From the NCBI GenBank assembly GCA_020631855.1, contig JACKGU010000002.1, positions 89,188 through 153,187 on the forward strand: a stretch of DNA of 64,000 nucleotides, written 5' to 3'. Positions 1 to 9,141 of the stretch are shown here, piece by piece; the stretch's first letter is position 1; every line of letters starts with the position of its first letter. Made by a program: the position numbers and the translations under genes. The notes under the pieces were generated by a model, which ran no database searches, had not been told where the DNA came from, and saw nothing but the letters and a program-made list of their open reading frames with translations. Origin of the DNA: Candidatus Nomurabacteria bacterium (GTDB lineage Bacteria; Patescibacteriota; WWE3; UBA101185; UBA10185).

Positions 1-2
1 GA

Positions 3-221
3 ACGCAGTTATTCAAGGATTTCTTTAAAGGAAGGCTCTATAGCTTTTCTATCCTACTCTTAGGCTTAGTTGGAGCTTTTGTTGAAGTTTATCTACTTTT
101 TATTCAGCACGTAATCCTTAAGGAATATTGTTCGTGGTGCTTGTTGTTGGGTATAGTCGCTCTCGTTGTATTTGTTCTTTCGAATTTTTACTTTTTTTCT
201 AGAAATTATTTTGATAAATAG
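3..221 (+). CDS. 3' end of a membrane protein (VKOR/DsbB-like?, partial at window edge)
   Basis: Frame 3 is open from the window start to TAG at 219-221. Hydrophobic TM segments with a CSWC (CxxC) motif inside the TM region. Not in the ORF track because it is short and partial. Confidence 0.35.
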   Translation, partial: TQLFKDFFKGRLYSFSILLLGLVGAFVEVYLLFIQHVILKEYCSWCLLLGIVALVVFVLSNFYFFSRNYFDK

Positions 222-288
222 CCGCATACATCTTTAATTGCGTCTTTTTACAGTTATTTTGACTCTTAGGCTTTATTTTTTCTGTTTT

Positions 289-410
289 TATAATTTCGTT
301 ACTTAAAACTACTTGCGTGAGCTAGTAGGTATAGTTTACCCAACATGTTGGGCTTTGCGGTGCAAGGAATTACAGCAAACCATCTGTGTAAGCTGGCGGT
401 GGTAGATTAA
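289..410 (+). repeat. ~120-nt structured intergenic repeat, copy A
   Basis: Starts TAATTTCGTTACTYAAA. Contains the GTAGTTTACCCAACATGTTGGG palindrome and an internal direct duplication ACCTRCGYAAGCTRG. Aligns to copies at 16722, 41255, 42243 and 42359. Confidence 0.7.
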
Positions 411-429
411 AGTATGCGTGTGTGGGTAT

Positions 430-438
430 GGGGGGGGG
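430..438. repeat. G9 homopolymer tract
   Basis: Nine consecutive G in an AT-rich intergenic region just before a 13-bp stem hairpin at 443-470. Confidence 0.8.
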
Positions 439-442
439 CGGT

Positions 443-470
443 TGAGGTTGGGGCCGTGGCCCCAACCTCA
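443..470 (-). terminator. Strong hairpin downstream of the hsp20 3' end (no clear U-tract)
   Basis: TGAGGTTGGGGCC/GGCCCCAACCTCA perfect 13-bp inverted repeat lying 3' of the minus-strand gene that ends at 493. Confidence 0.4.
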
Positions 471-492
471 GAATTCTTGGCTAAACCAAACA

Positions 493-933
493 CTAAGATT
501 TCTTTATAGCAATCTTTTTTGGTTGTTCCTCCTCCTTTTTATTGAATGATACTGTCATTACTCCGTTCTTACATACTGCTTCGGGATCGTTTTTAAGATC
601 TACATTGCTTGGTACCGAAACTCTGTACGAAAAGTTAGAGGTAGCTTTTTTGTAATACTTTTTAGATTTATCTTCTGTCTTCGACTCTCCTCTGATCCAT
701 AGTACGTTTTTGTCCAAAGTAACCTCTACTTCTTCGGGATTTATACCCGGTACCGCGGCTTCTACGTATACTTTTTTATCGTCTTCGTAAATAGATACGC
801 CGGACGCTGCTGTGAAATCTTCATCCCAAATTGAGGGAAACTTTGATGTTGAAAGATCCCAAAATGAGCTGGGAACTAAATTTAAGGTCATATTTGCCTC
901 CTTGGAAAATATATACTTATCACTTTTATACAA
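493..933 (-). CDS. Hsp20/alpha-crystallin family small heat-shock protein
   Basis: 146 aa. C-terminal alpha-crystallin domain pattern (VSVPSNVDLKNDPEAVCKNGVMTVSF). Confidence 0.8.
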   Translation of the reverse strand: MYKSDKYIFSKEANMTLNLVPSSFWDLSTSKFPSIWDEDFTAASGVSIYEDDKKVYVEAAVPGINPEEVEVTLDKNVLWIRGESKTEDKSKKYYKKATSNFSYRVSVPSNVDLKNDPEAVCKNGVMTVSFNKKEEEQPKKIAIKKS

Positions 934-982
934 CGAGTGCTAATTGTCTGTCAAGTTTTGAGTAGGCAAATTTCGGATGTGC

Positions 983-988
983 TATTAT
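983..988 (+). promoter_or_regulatory. -10-like TATTAT 7 nt upstream of the tgt ATG (leaderless-type promoter)
   Basis: TATTAT-caacaac-ATG with no Shine-Dalgarno. The same arrangement recurs at 11 or more other genes. Confidence 0.4.
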
Positions 989-995
989 CAACAAC

Positions 996-2093
996 ATGAA
1001 GGAGCTTGAAATCAAAAGAAAAAGCTATAAAACTCCTATATATTTACCGGACGCTACCCTCGGAGTAGTTAGGGGGCTGGATTCAAAAGATCTTCTTGGT
1101 GCAGGAGTTAAAGGAGTTGTAGTTAATACATATCATCTTCACCATCGCCCTGGGCTAGAACATCTTTCCGAGGCCGGCGGGATTAAAGCATTTATGGGCT
1201 TTGATGGTTTGGTAGCATCAGATTCAGGTGGTTGGCAAATTTTTTCTCTAATACACAGACATGGATTGCCAGGAAAAATTTCAGACGAGGGCGTGAAATT
1301 TGCAGATAAAGACGGTGGCAAGAAAATGAAGTTGTTTACACCAGAGGATTCGATAAAAATGCAGTTTGAATTAAAGTCGGATATTGTGGTGTGTCTTGAT
1401 GATTTCACACCGCCGGATGCTGATCGTGTAACGATAGAAAAGTCTGTAAATAGGACTGTTTTGTGGGCTCAAAGAAGTAAGATCGAATACGAACGGCAGT
1501 TGAATATACGAGGCATAGAGCGTGCAAATGCCCCGGTGTTGATGGCAGTAGTTCAAGGAGGATACGATAAATCTTTAAGATTGCAATGTTGCAATGATCT
1601 TTCATCCATAGGGTTTGATATGTACGGTTTTGGCGGTTACGTAGTGAATGAAGATGGGCTGGACCTCGAAATATCTGAATATTTAGCTTCTATTATACCT
1701 TCAGGCGCGTACAAATTTGCTCTTGGGGTGGGAACGCCCTGGCAAATTGCTATGTGCTATAAATTCGGTTGGGATATATTTGATTGCACTTTGCCAACAA
1801 GAGATGCACGGCATGGAAGGCTCTATGTATATACAGGAGACTATTCAAACCCTTCAGATTTACTGACTAAGGGCTTGCATTCTCACATTTCTATAACTAG
1901 TGGAAAATATTTTAAGGACCATTTTCCTATTAGCGATAGCTGCGATTGTTTAACATGTTCGAATTACACCAGATCTTACCTGCACCACCTTTTTAAGGTT
2001 AAAGATGTGTCCGCTTACAGACTGGCAACAATTCACAATCTTCGTACGTACACTCGGCTGATAGAGGCTTTGGTAGCATCGGATATTAGATAG
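996..2093 (+). CDS. tgt: Queuine/tRNA-guanine transglycosylase
   Basis: 365 aa. TGT-family Zn motif CDCLTCSNYTRSYLHHL (CxCxxC...H) followed by the IHNLRTYTRL region that matches E. coli Tgt. Confidence 0.85.
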   Translation: MKELEIKRKSYKTPIYLPDATLGVVRGLDSKDLLGAGVKGVVVNTYHLHHRPGLEHLSEAGGIKAFMGFDGLVASDSGGWQIFSLIHRHGLPGKISDEGVKFADKDGGKKMKLFTPEDSIKMQFELKSDIVVCLDDFTPPDADRVTIEKSVNRTVLWAQRSKIEYERQLNIRGIERANAPVLMAVVQGGYDKSLRLQCCNDLSSIGFDMYGFGGYVVNEDGLDLEISEYLASIIPSGAYKFALGVGTPWQIAMCYKFGWDIFDCTLPTRDARHGRLYVYTGDYSNPSDLLTKGLHSHISITSGKYFKDHFPISDSCDCLTCSNYTRSYLHHLFKVKDVSAYRLATIHNLRTYTRLIEALVASDIR

Positions 2094-2136
2094 TTTAGTG
2101 ATTTAGTATCTTGTTTTTTATGGTTTATGTCGTTGG

Positions 2137-2160
2137 GGCCCCGCGTAGCGGGGCCTTTAC
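2137..2160 (+). terminator. GC-rich hairpin terminator after tgt
   Basis: GGCCCCGC-GTAG-GCGGGGCC followed by TTTACC. Confidence 0.5.
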
Positions 2161-2288
2161 CTTCAAAAGCGAGCTTTGGGGGCCTCAACCCGAAGCATCC
2201 CCCTCCACCACTCTTTAGTAGGTCGGCTTTGCCAGACTTTTACGCCCAGTGTTTCGCGCCGATCGCCCTAAGAGCAGTAACGGTACAA

Positions 2289-2486
2289 TTAGTAGTCATC
2301 GTCATCGCTGTACAGGCCTTCGTCCATATCATCGTCAGGTTCGTCCAATTCGCCGGATTCTATCATATCGTCGTACACCCTTTGATACAGTTCCCAATCC
2401 ATGTCACTTGCATCTTCAGCGGGAACCCATGATGCGTCTCTTAACAAATTTTTTCTGATTTGTTCAGGAGTTAACACAAGTATCAC
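2289..2486 (-). CDS. Small acidic hypothetical protein (65 aa)
   Basis: ORF with a strongly acidic C-terminus (DEPDDDMDEGLYSDDDDY). Followed by an unusually GC-rich ~160-nt segment at 2127-2288. Confidence 0.3.
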   Translation of the reverse strand: MILVLTPEQIRKNLLRDASWVPAEDASDMDWELYQRVYDDMIESGELDEPDDDMDEGLYSDDDDY

Positions 2487-2648
2487 CCCCTCTGAAAGTC
2501 AGTAATTCTTTTTGATTTATAAAAGTATTACAAAGCATTTATTATTTGATCCTACCGTCTTCCCTGATTCTATATTCAGGCTTGATTGTAGAAAATTGCC
2601 TTAAAAGGCACATTTCTTTGGTAATTTTTGCATTAAAAGTTAACTAAA

Positions 2649-3974
2649 TCAATCCTTTTTAGTGAAGAAGTTTTCACTGAAAGTTAAACCTTTTTCCAAG
2701 AGCTTAATATTAAAGTTTTCGTTTACTCCGTGCATGTTGCAGTCGTCATTCCCAAGAGATACAAGAAGTGTGTCTTTTCCAAGTACACTTTTAAAATCAT
2801 TTACTACAGGAATTCCTCCCCCAACTGGTTTAGATAGCGCAGGTTTTCCAAAAGCAGTCTCTAGAACAGTTCTTACTTTAGAGAAGATTTGGCTTGAAGT
2901 GTCTATTTTTATTGGATTATAGGCATTTGTAAATTCCAGCTCATATTTTATGTAAGCGGGTGTGTTTTGTTTCACAAAATCAGCAAATTTATTTTTTATT
3001 TCTTCCGTATTTTGAAACATTACGGTTCGAAAGTTTAATCTTACCTCCGCTTGTGCCGGGACTATATTTGCGTAGCCTTCTTCTGTGTAGCCTGCTTTAA
3101 AGCCTGTAATTTGAATTGTTGGTCTTAGACCTACCTGTGAAAGCAAATCCAGTTCACTTTCAGTAGTAAGCTTTTTTACGCCTATATTGTCCAAGATGCT
3201 TTCCAGATTCTCAACCGCCTTAGTATTTTGTTCTTGTTGCTGCTGGCTTATCTCGTCAACGTCTTTGTAGAACCAATCAAAAGCCACTTTGCCGCTTGTG
3301 AATACTTTATTTAAAAATGCAGACAATTCTTGAGCCGAATTTGGAACAGCCCCTCCGTATAAACCAGAGTGCAGGTTGTTTTTTGCCGTAGTGTAGGTGA
3401 TTTTACAATTAAACCCGCCTCTTAAAGAATATTCAATTACCGGGTTTGTTCCTATAAGTTCGCCATCAGATACCATTATGTAGTCCGCTGTTAGTTTGTC
3501 TTTGTTTTTCTGTAACTGCGAAGCAAGTTCTGTGTTTGAAGTTTCTTCATTGCCTTCTATCAAAAATTTTACATTGTATTTAAGCCGCTTTGTTTTTATC
3601 AACTCACATACCGTATACATATGAATAAAAAATTGCCCTTTATTATCTACCACTCCCCTTGCAATCAGCCTGTCGCCTTTTTCAAACAATTCAAACGGGT
3701 CTTTTTCCCAACCATCGCTAATATTTGCAGGCTGAACATCGTAGTGTCCGTATACCAGTACAGTTTCAAATGCGGGATCAACTTCAATTGTGCCAAAAAC
3801 CACCGGATTAGATATTTCTCCTTGCCAGAGTTCTGTAGTGAATCCCGAATCATTAAGGTATTTTTCTATCCATTTAACTGCTTTTATGATCTCGCTTTTA
3901 TAGGCGGGATCTGTTGAGATGCTTTTAAATGAAATTAATGGTTCAAGTTGTTTAGTGTAATTTTTGTAGTCCAT
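2649..3974 (-). CDS. M20 family metallopeptidase (dipeptidase/DapE-ArgE-like)
   Basis: 441 aa. VYGHYDVQP...GVVDNKGQ metal-binding motifs typical of M20 peptidases. TATAAT 7 nt upstream of the ATG. Confidence 0.85.
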   Translation of the reverse strand: MDYKNYTKQLEPLISFKSISTDPAYKSEIIKAVKWIEKYLNDSGFTTELWQGEISNPVVFGTIEVDPAFETVLVYGHYDVQPANISDGWEKDPFELFEKGDRLIARGVVDNKGQFFIHMYTVCELIKTKRLKYNVKFLIEGNEETSNTELASQLQKNKDKLTADYIMVSDGELIGTNPVIEYSLRGGFNCKITYTTAKNNLHSGLYGGAVPNSAQELSAFLNKVFTSGKVAFDWFYKDVDEISQQQQEQNTKAVENLESILDNIGVKKLTTESELDLLSQVGLRPTIQITGFKAGYTEEGYANIVPAQAEVRLNFRTVMFQNTEEIKNKFADFVKQNTPAYIKYELEFTNAYNPIKIDTSSQIFSKVRTVLETAFGKPALSKPVGGGIPVVNDFKSVLGKDTLLVSLGNDDCNMHGVNENFNIKLLEKGLTFSENFFTKKD

Positions 3975-4033
3975 GTTTTGGATTATAGCAGTTTTTACTT
4001 TACAGTGTCATTTTTGTACTTTATTATTTATTT

Positions 4034-5083
4034 ATGCCTGAAAATTTAAATACTAATAGAATCGAGTCTGAAGATTTACATTCCGGCCAAGTTACAGATA
4101 CTCTCGGCCAGAACTCAAAGAAGTCCCGTAGCAAAGCTAAGCCAATTCTAATTGTTACTTCTCTGGTCCTATTTTTAGGAATTGTGGCTGCAGTTTTTTT
4201 TGCATATAGCTTTAATAAGTCTTACAGCAAGCATGTGGGCATGTTAAAAGATAAGTCTCAGTCGCAATCAAAGCAGCTGGACAGCCTTTCAACTTCATTT
4301 TCAATAGTTGTTAACACCATGAAAGATTCTAATGAAGACGATCTTCAAAGTAGCATTTCTTTAATACAGAACACGGAGAAAGAAAACTCAGGAGAGGTAT
4401 TGGCACTTGAAGATTCCCCTGAGATGAAAAAACTAAGAAAATTATCGGAAGAGTATAGGTCGATAATCGAGACTCTCGGTAAAATTGAAGCTACTAACAA
4501 AGACATAGAAAATTTGCTGGTTGAAAAACCATACGTGAAGTACCTGAACTATAAGAACCCTCAGCTGGATACTCAAGTAATAAAAGATACAAATGAATTT
4601 ACAAAAAATGCCGGAATAATAATGTCGTATTTTAAAGATCAGACCGTGCTTAGCATAGAGGAATCTACGGTAATTTATGATTTAGTTGCAGATGTAGTAA
4701 GCGCTTTTTATAGCGACTTTGATGAATTTTACGTTTCAAGCATAGAGGCAAAGCTAGATAAGTTGGATTCAACTCAAAACAAGTTAGAAAATTTAAACAC
4801 AGATAATCTTCCCGATTCAATCAAGGAAGGGCACAGAGCACATGTAGAAGAACTTGATGCAGGAGTTAAAGACCTTAGAGTATTAGTACAAGCAATGAGA
4901 GATAAAGATTATTATTTTCTTTTAAGTTTTGCTCAAAGTTTAGACACTGCAACAAGTTCGGTAGTAGCTTCAGAAGAAGTTGCTCTGTCTGAGGCAATAA
5001 CTTTTTGGCAGGAAAACGAGACCATAAGATCGGTTCCTGGCTTAGTAAAATCTTGGGAAAATTTTGGCACTAGCATAAAATAA
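4034..5083 (+). CDS. Hypothetical membrane-anchored coiled-coil protein
   Basis: 349 aa with an N-terminal TM (PILIVTSLVLFLGIVAAVFFAY). Its stop overlaps the start of the downstream pseudopilin gene (TAATAATG). Confidence 0.45.
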   Translation: MPENLNTNRIESEDLHSGQVTDTLGQNSKKSRSKAKPILIVTSLVLFLGIVAAVFFAYSFNKSYSKHVGMLKDKSQSQSKQLDSLSTSFSIVVNTMKDSNEDDLQSSISLIQNTEKENSGEVLALEDSPEMKKLRKLSEEYRSIIETLGKIEATNKDIENLLVEKPYVKYLNYKNPQLDTQVIKDTNEFTKNAGIIMSYFKDQTVLSIEESTVIYDLVADVVSAFYSDFDEFYVSSIEAKLDKLDSTQNKLENLNTDNLPDSIKEGHRAHVEELDAGVKDLRVLVQAMRDKDYYFLLSFAQSLDTATSSVVASEEVALSEAITFWQENETIRSVPGLVKSWENFGTSIK

Positions 5084-5084
5084 T

Positions 5085-5618
5085 GTGTCTTTATTAACTG
5101 CCCGCAAGAGAGTCAGAATGCGCTCTAGTTCAAACCGCGTACTTGGATTCACGTTAGTTGAGTTGCTTATGGTCATTTCGATTATCGGCATCTTAGCCTC
5201 AGTGATACTGGTTGCCTATAATCCCTACAAATTTCTACAAAACTCTTATTACAGGCAATCAAAGGCCGATCTGTTATCTATAAGAAAAGGTCTTATGCTC
5301 TATGCCATTAAGTACGGAGAATACCCTCCGGATGTTTGGCGAGATCTTCCCAGCGGAATCGAGGAGTTTATTCAGCATGGCTCGCAATGGCCCAAGGGTC
5401 CTTATCCAGGCAGTGTTTTTGATTATGATAATTGGTCTGACCAGATATGCTGGAACGGAGAAACCGGTATTATTCAAATTACTTTGAGGCAGGTGCCTGG
5501 TTATAATCCTGATGGGAGTGACAATTGGAACATATATGCAGTTATTAAAGGTAAAGGCATTCCCCACTGTTCTGATTCGGCGGCTGTTGGAGAATGTATA
5601 AATTGTCCTGAAGATTAG
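5085..5618 (+). CDS. Prepilin-type N-terminal cleavage/methylation domain protein (pseudopilin)
   Basis: G|FTLVELLMVISIIGILASV class III signal peptide. Confidence 0.7.
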   Translation: MSLLTARKRVRMRSSSNRVLGFTLVELLMVISIIGILASVILVAYNPYKFLQNSYYRQSKADLLSIRKGLMLYAIKYGEYPPDVWRDLPSGIEEFIQHGSQWPKGPYPGSVFDYDNWSDQICWNGETGIIQITLRQVPGYNPDGSDNWNIYAVIKGKGIPHCSDSAAVGECINCPED

Positions 5619-5687
5619 TTTTTTGAGTTGTGTGTTTTAGCAGATCTACATCCTTCTTAACATAGATCTGTGCCGGCAGTGTAAATT

Positions 5688-6053
5688 TTAGGTTAATTTG
5701 TCAATCGCCTCTTTTATCTCAGTCAATAAAGTGTTGCTTTTTATGAAATAGCCTTCTGCTCCTGCCTCTTTTGCCTTCTGTTTTACTTCTGCGCTGGAAA
5801 CGTTTGACGTCATAAGTACCGGAACTGTTTTTGTTTCCGTATTGCTTTTTAGCTCTTTCAGTATCTCTATTCCATCTTTGTGCGGAAGCAGTACATCGAG
5901 CAAAACTAAATCAGGCCCGAATTTGATTGCTTCTGATACTACGTCGCGACCGTTGTATAGTTGCTTTGTAGTGTAGTTAATGTTTCTAAAAAAGGATCTA
6001 TAAGCAGAATTTAGAAGTTCGTCATCTTCTACAATTAATATTCTTTTACTCAT
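5688..6053 (-). CDS. Single-domain response regulator (CheY-like receiver)
   Basis: 121 aa. ILIVEDD ... LVLLDVLLP.KDG ... K receiver-domain signature. Confidence 0.8.
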   Translation of the reverse strand: MSKRILIVEDDELLNSAYRSFFRNINYTTKQLYNGRDVVSEAIKFGPDLVLLDVLLPHKDGIEILKELKSNTETKTVPVLMTSNVSSAEVKQKAKEAGAEGYFIKSNTLLTEIKEAIDKLT

Positions 6054-6219
6054 TATTTAAATAATACAAGATTTATAGACGGTTGTTAATACATGTTAAT
6101 TTAAGCACGTACGTGGTTTTTATGTTGGAAGTAATCCTCTAAGCAAATCCCCGTCTTGTTTAGAAGGTTTTGTGGCTTTTTACAGCGGAGCGTTAATTTT
6201 TTTGGATCGGTAAAGTTTG

Positions 6220-6244
6220 CGGCGCTTGATATTCAAGCGCCGCT
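6220..6244 (-). terminator. Hairpin terminator-like element 3' of the lysine-rich gene
   Basis: GCGGCGCTTGA-TATT-TCAAGCGCCGC perfect 11-bp stem. Confidence 0.4.
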
Positions 6245-6270
6245 ATAATTCAGATTCTATTAAGTGTAGC

Positions 6271-6438
6271 TTATCTTTTTTTTGTTGCTACTTTTGCTTT
6301 TGCTGTTGTTTTTTTAACAACCTTCTTTACTGCTTTTTTAACAGTCTTTTTTGCAGCTACTTTCTTTACTGCTTTTTTAACAGTCTTTTTTGCAACTGGT
6401 TTTTTTGCTACTTTCTTTACAGTCTTTTTTACTGGCAC
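6271..6438 (-). CDS. Lysine/alanine-rich histone H1-like / HU-tail-like small basic protein (55 aa, absent from the ORF track)
   Basis: Minus-strand frame: GGAGGTGA-ttatt-GTG start. Translation VPVKKTVKKVAKKPVAKKTVKKAVKKVAAKKTVKKAVKKVVKKTTAKAKVATKKR, stop TAA. It is built from 39-nt tandem repeats. The + ORF 6217..6459 is its shadow. Confidence 0.6.
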   Translation of the reverse strand: MPVKKTVKKVAKKPVAKKTVKKAVKKVAAKKTVKKAVKKVVKKTTAKAKVATKKR

Positions 6439-6787
6439 AATAATCACCTCCTGAATTAGTTAAAATAAATACGTTTTGATATTCTGATATGGTTGAAGAT
6501 AGTAAGTACTGCCCACCCTGACCACATTCTAGGTCGGCTAGGTTAATTGAATATTTACCTGTGTTTATGGAAAATAAATTTTGAGCAGTTATATTTTTCA
6601 TCTAGTTAGTTTTAAAACTATATATTAAAATTTTCGTTTGTTTCTATATAAAAGTCAATAGTTTCTTTTTATTTCATGTTTTGATAATACAATTCATGTT
6701 TACATGAAAATTTTTTTATGGTCGATTATTTAAAACCATGCTGAGTATTTTTTAGAACGAAAAAAAAATAAAACCTGGTTAAAGCCC

Positions 6788-7672
6788 TTATTTGGTGCTC
6801 TCTACCGGTGTCCAAAGTTTTAGTAAAGGTTCATTTTTTATTTTTACTTTATAAAAAATTAATCCCCAAACATGTAGTCTCGCCAAGAGTAATAAAGAAG
6901 ACCAAAAAAATTCTTTTGGGTTTGTTGCAAATAAAATTACACTTAAACCTCCTTGTCCTATTTCTCCTAAAAAAGATCTATTGTTTTTTTCTGGTTTATA
7001 GATTTCTGCTTGAGTATGTCCGGCGGTTGATCTTGTTTTTTGCTTTAGCCAGTCATAGTAATTCAGTGGGTATTTTACCTTAACTAAGGCTTCCTCCTCG
7101 TAGGCTATTCGATAGCCTGCCTCGTGCACTTTGTACGATATTACTGCATCATCGGCTAAAGAGTTCTCAGGAATTGAGTCGACTATACCCGCTCTTATGG
7201 CATATAAATATCCTGAGCATTGGATATACCGGTTTTGTTTCGACAGAAGTTTACGATTATTATTTAAGATGTTGGTGAGAGCATGCGACCAGTAACCTAA
7301 AATTGTATTTTTTGAGTTTAGGCTTATCGGATGTCCGCACACAGCTCCAATATTTTTATCAAGATATAGATTTTTAACCAGCATGGGTATGGCGTTACTT
7401 TCCAAAAAAACGTCACCATCTGTTAAAACAATTATCTCTCCCTTTGCATGCCTTAAACCAATGTTTAAAGCTGCAGGCTTGCCTTTTCTCTCGTCCTTAA
7501 AAAGTATTATATTTTTATATTGATTTTTTAATTCCTCTACAGATTTAACTGTTTCCGGATCAGGGCATATGACAAGAACCTCATCTTCATGGGAGATTTG
7601 TTTTTGTATCGAATCTATAGCTACTTTTATTGTTTTAGGTTCTCTATATGCTGTCACTATTATACTTAGCAT
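6788..7672 (-). CDS. Family 2 glycosyltransferase
   Basis: 294 aa with GT2 motifs (IIVTAYRE..., DGD in VLTDGDVFLE). Confidence 0.85.
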   Translation of the reverse strand: MLSIIVTAYREPKTIKVAIDSIQKQISHEDEVLVICPDPETVKSVEELKNQYKNIILFKDERKGKPAALNIGLRHAKGEIIVLTDGDVFLESNAIPMLVKNLYLDKNIGAVCGHPISLNSKNTILGYWSHALTNILNNNRKLLSKQNRYIQCSGYLYAIRAGIVDSIPENSLADDAVISYKVHEAGYRIAYEEEALVKVKYPLNYYDWLKQKTRSTAGHTQAEIYKPEKNNRSFLGEIGQGGLSVILFATNPKEFFWSSLLLLARLHVWGLIFYKVKIKNEPLLKLWTPVESTK

Positions 7673-7721
7673 CGTTTTTGTGTAGTTTTTCTTTCGTGTT
7701 AATAATAAAAAACTCTTTGAT

Positions 7722-8462
7722 CTAGCATTTCATTAGTGTTAAGCACTGTTCTTTTGCGTCCCCCTCTGGAAGCTGATCACAGGCGGAACACCCGCTATCT
7801 TTTAGTGAGTTTTCCAATTCCATCATTTGTTGCGATAGATCAATAAACTCTATACCGCTGGGTAAGTCAAACAGCTCGTTGTCAACATCCCAAGTGTTGC
7901 AGTCAAAAGACATCGAAGCTGAGGGGTCTGTTTGTTCTGTTGCTTCGCCAGTGAGATTATTGTTTTCATCTGCGCCTTCTGTTGCCGGCATTAGGTCTTG
8001 AAGAAAAGAATCATTCTCTGTGTCGAGCTTAGTCAGATAACCTTCGTTACGGCCTTCTTCCCACATGTAATTACCCGTCTCGTTTCTTATCATATTCATT
8101 GTTGTCTTATTGGAGTCTTCGTCGATCATTGTGAAAGTGCCTCGCATCCTCATTCCCTCATCTGCTATGTATAGGTTGCCCGAGGTGTAGGGGGGTTCGG
8201 ATTCGTTTCCGTCGCTATAAGTGCAGAAAAGGTTATCTCCGAGTTGAAAAATGTCTTCTAGAGTTCCAATCATTTTTTCTTCCTCGTTGTTTGATCCAGA
8301 TTCTGTCTCAGCTGTTTCTTCTTGAGCATTCCTGTCTATTCTGTTATCGGCAATTTCCTTATTTCGGTCTAATTTTTTTGGTGCAAAAAATTGCACGTAT
8401 GCCATCAGTGCCACTGCAGCTACAATTATAGTTACGATTGGGATTATAAGTTTGTATTTCAT
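7722..8462 (-). CDS. Hypothetical acidic secreted/membrane-anchored protein
   Basis: 246 aa. N-terminal TM/signal anchor (IIPIVTIIVAAVALMAY), acidic low-complexity region, Cys-rich C-terminus. Confidence 0.4.
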   Translation of the reverse strand: MKYKLIIPIVTIIVAAVALMAYVQFFAPKKLDRNKEIADNRIDRNAQEETAETESGSNNEEEKMIGTLEDIFQLGDNLFCTYSDGNESEPPYTSGNLYIADEGMRMRGTFTMIDEDSNKTTMNMIRNETGNYMWEEGRNEGYLTKLDTENDSFLQDLMPATEGADENNNLTGEATEQTDPSASMSFDCNTWDVDNELFDLPSGIEFIDLSQQMMELENSLKDSGCSACDQLPEGDAKEQCLTLMKC

Positions 8463-8528
8463 ATTTAGATTGTAGCAAATTTGATCAATGTTTGCTCTGT
8501 TTATGCTCGTTGTCGTAAACTATAGAAC

Positions 8529-9086
8529 ATGCACAAATCTATAAACCTAGATGGAATCGAAGTAGTTTATGATTTTAAAAGATATTCCGGTTCGAAAAAT
8601 ATTAAAATAACTGTTTTCTCAACACATAGAGTTCTTGTGACTGCTCCAAAAAGAGTTAGAGAGTCGGATGTAAATGCGTTTATTATATCGAGATCCGGGT
8701 GGATCCTGCCTTTACTGGGAAATGAATCAAATGTTAATCATAAGAAAAATTTATTAGAAAAGAAGATGGAGTATAAAAAACTTAAAAGACGTGCGGAGGA
8801 GATACTGTCTGCCCGACTGCGGCATTTTAACGCGATCTATGGATTTAGATTCAAATCAGTTAAGATCCGGAATCAATCATCAAGGTGGGGTAGTTGTTCT
8901 TCGTCGGGCTCAATAAATTTTAATTACAGGCTCATATTATTAGATCAGGAGTTGATAGATTACGTTGTTGTTCACGAATTATGCCATCTGCGCGAAATGA
9001 ATCACTCCCCTGCTTTTTGGAGATTAGTTGAAAAAAGTATTCCAAATTATAAAGTGCTAAAAAAGAAACTAGCCCGCCTGTCATAA
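8529..9086 (+). CDS. YgjP-like metal-dependent hydrolase (DUF45/M48-like, HExxH)
   Basis: 185 aa with VVVHELCHLREMNHSPAFW (HExxH...H) near the C-terminus. Confidence 0.7.
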   Translation: MHKSINLDGIEVVYDFKRYSGSKNIKITVFSTHRVLVTAPKRVRESDVNAFIISRSGWILPLLGNESNVNHKKNLLEKKMEYKKLKRRAEEILSARLRHFNAIYGFRFKSVKIRNQSSRWGSCSSSGSINFNYRLILLDQELIDYVVVHELCHLREMNHSPAFWRLVEKSIPNYKVLKKKLARLS

Positions 9087-9141
9087 GTAAATTTTTAGTC
9101 TGAGATTTTTTCTGAAGTTTGTTTCTTCTCGTCTGGCAAGT

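Noticed and set aside
2127-2458. Plus-strand ORFs 2127..2432 and 2249..2458 in the GC-rich patch
   Set aside because: They overlap the minus-strand acidic ORF and the terminator hairpin. These are GC-rich noncoding artefacts.
5274-5567. Antisense ORFs inside the pseudopilin, peptidase and kinase genes (e.g. 5274..5567, 3621..3917, 55315..55515)
   Set aside because: Short ORFs fully contained in confidently assigned genes on the opposite strand. No motifs.
6280-6440. Tandem ~39-60-bp direct repeats that might at first suggest a CRISPR-like or satellite array
   Set aside because: They are in-frame coding repeats (AKKTVKKAVKKVA units) of the lysine-rich small protein on the minus strand. There are no unique spacers and the period is a multiple of three.
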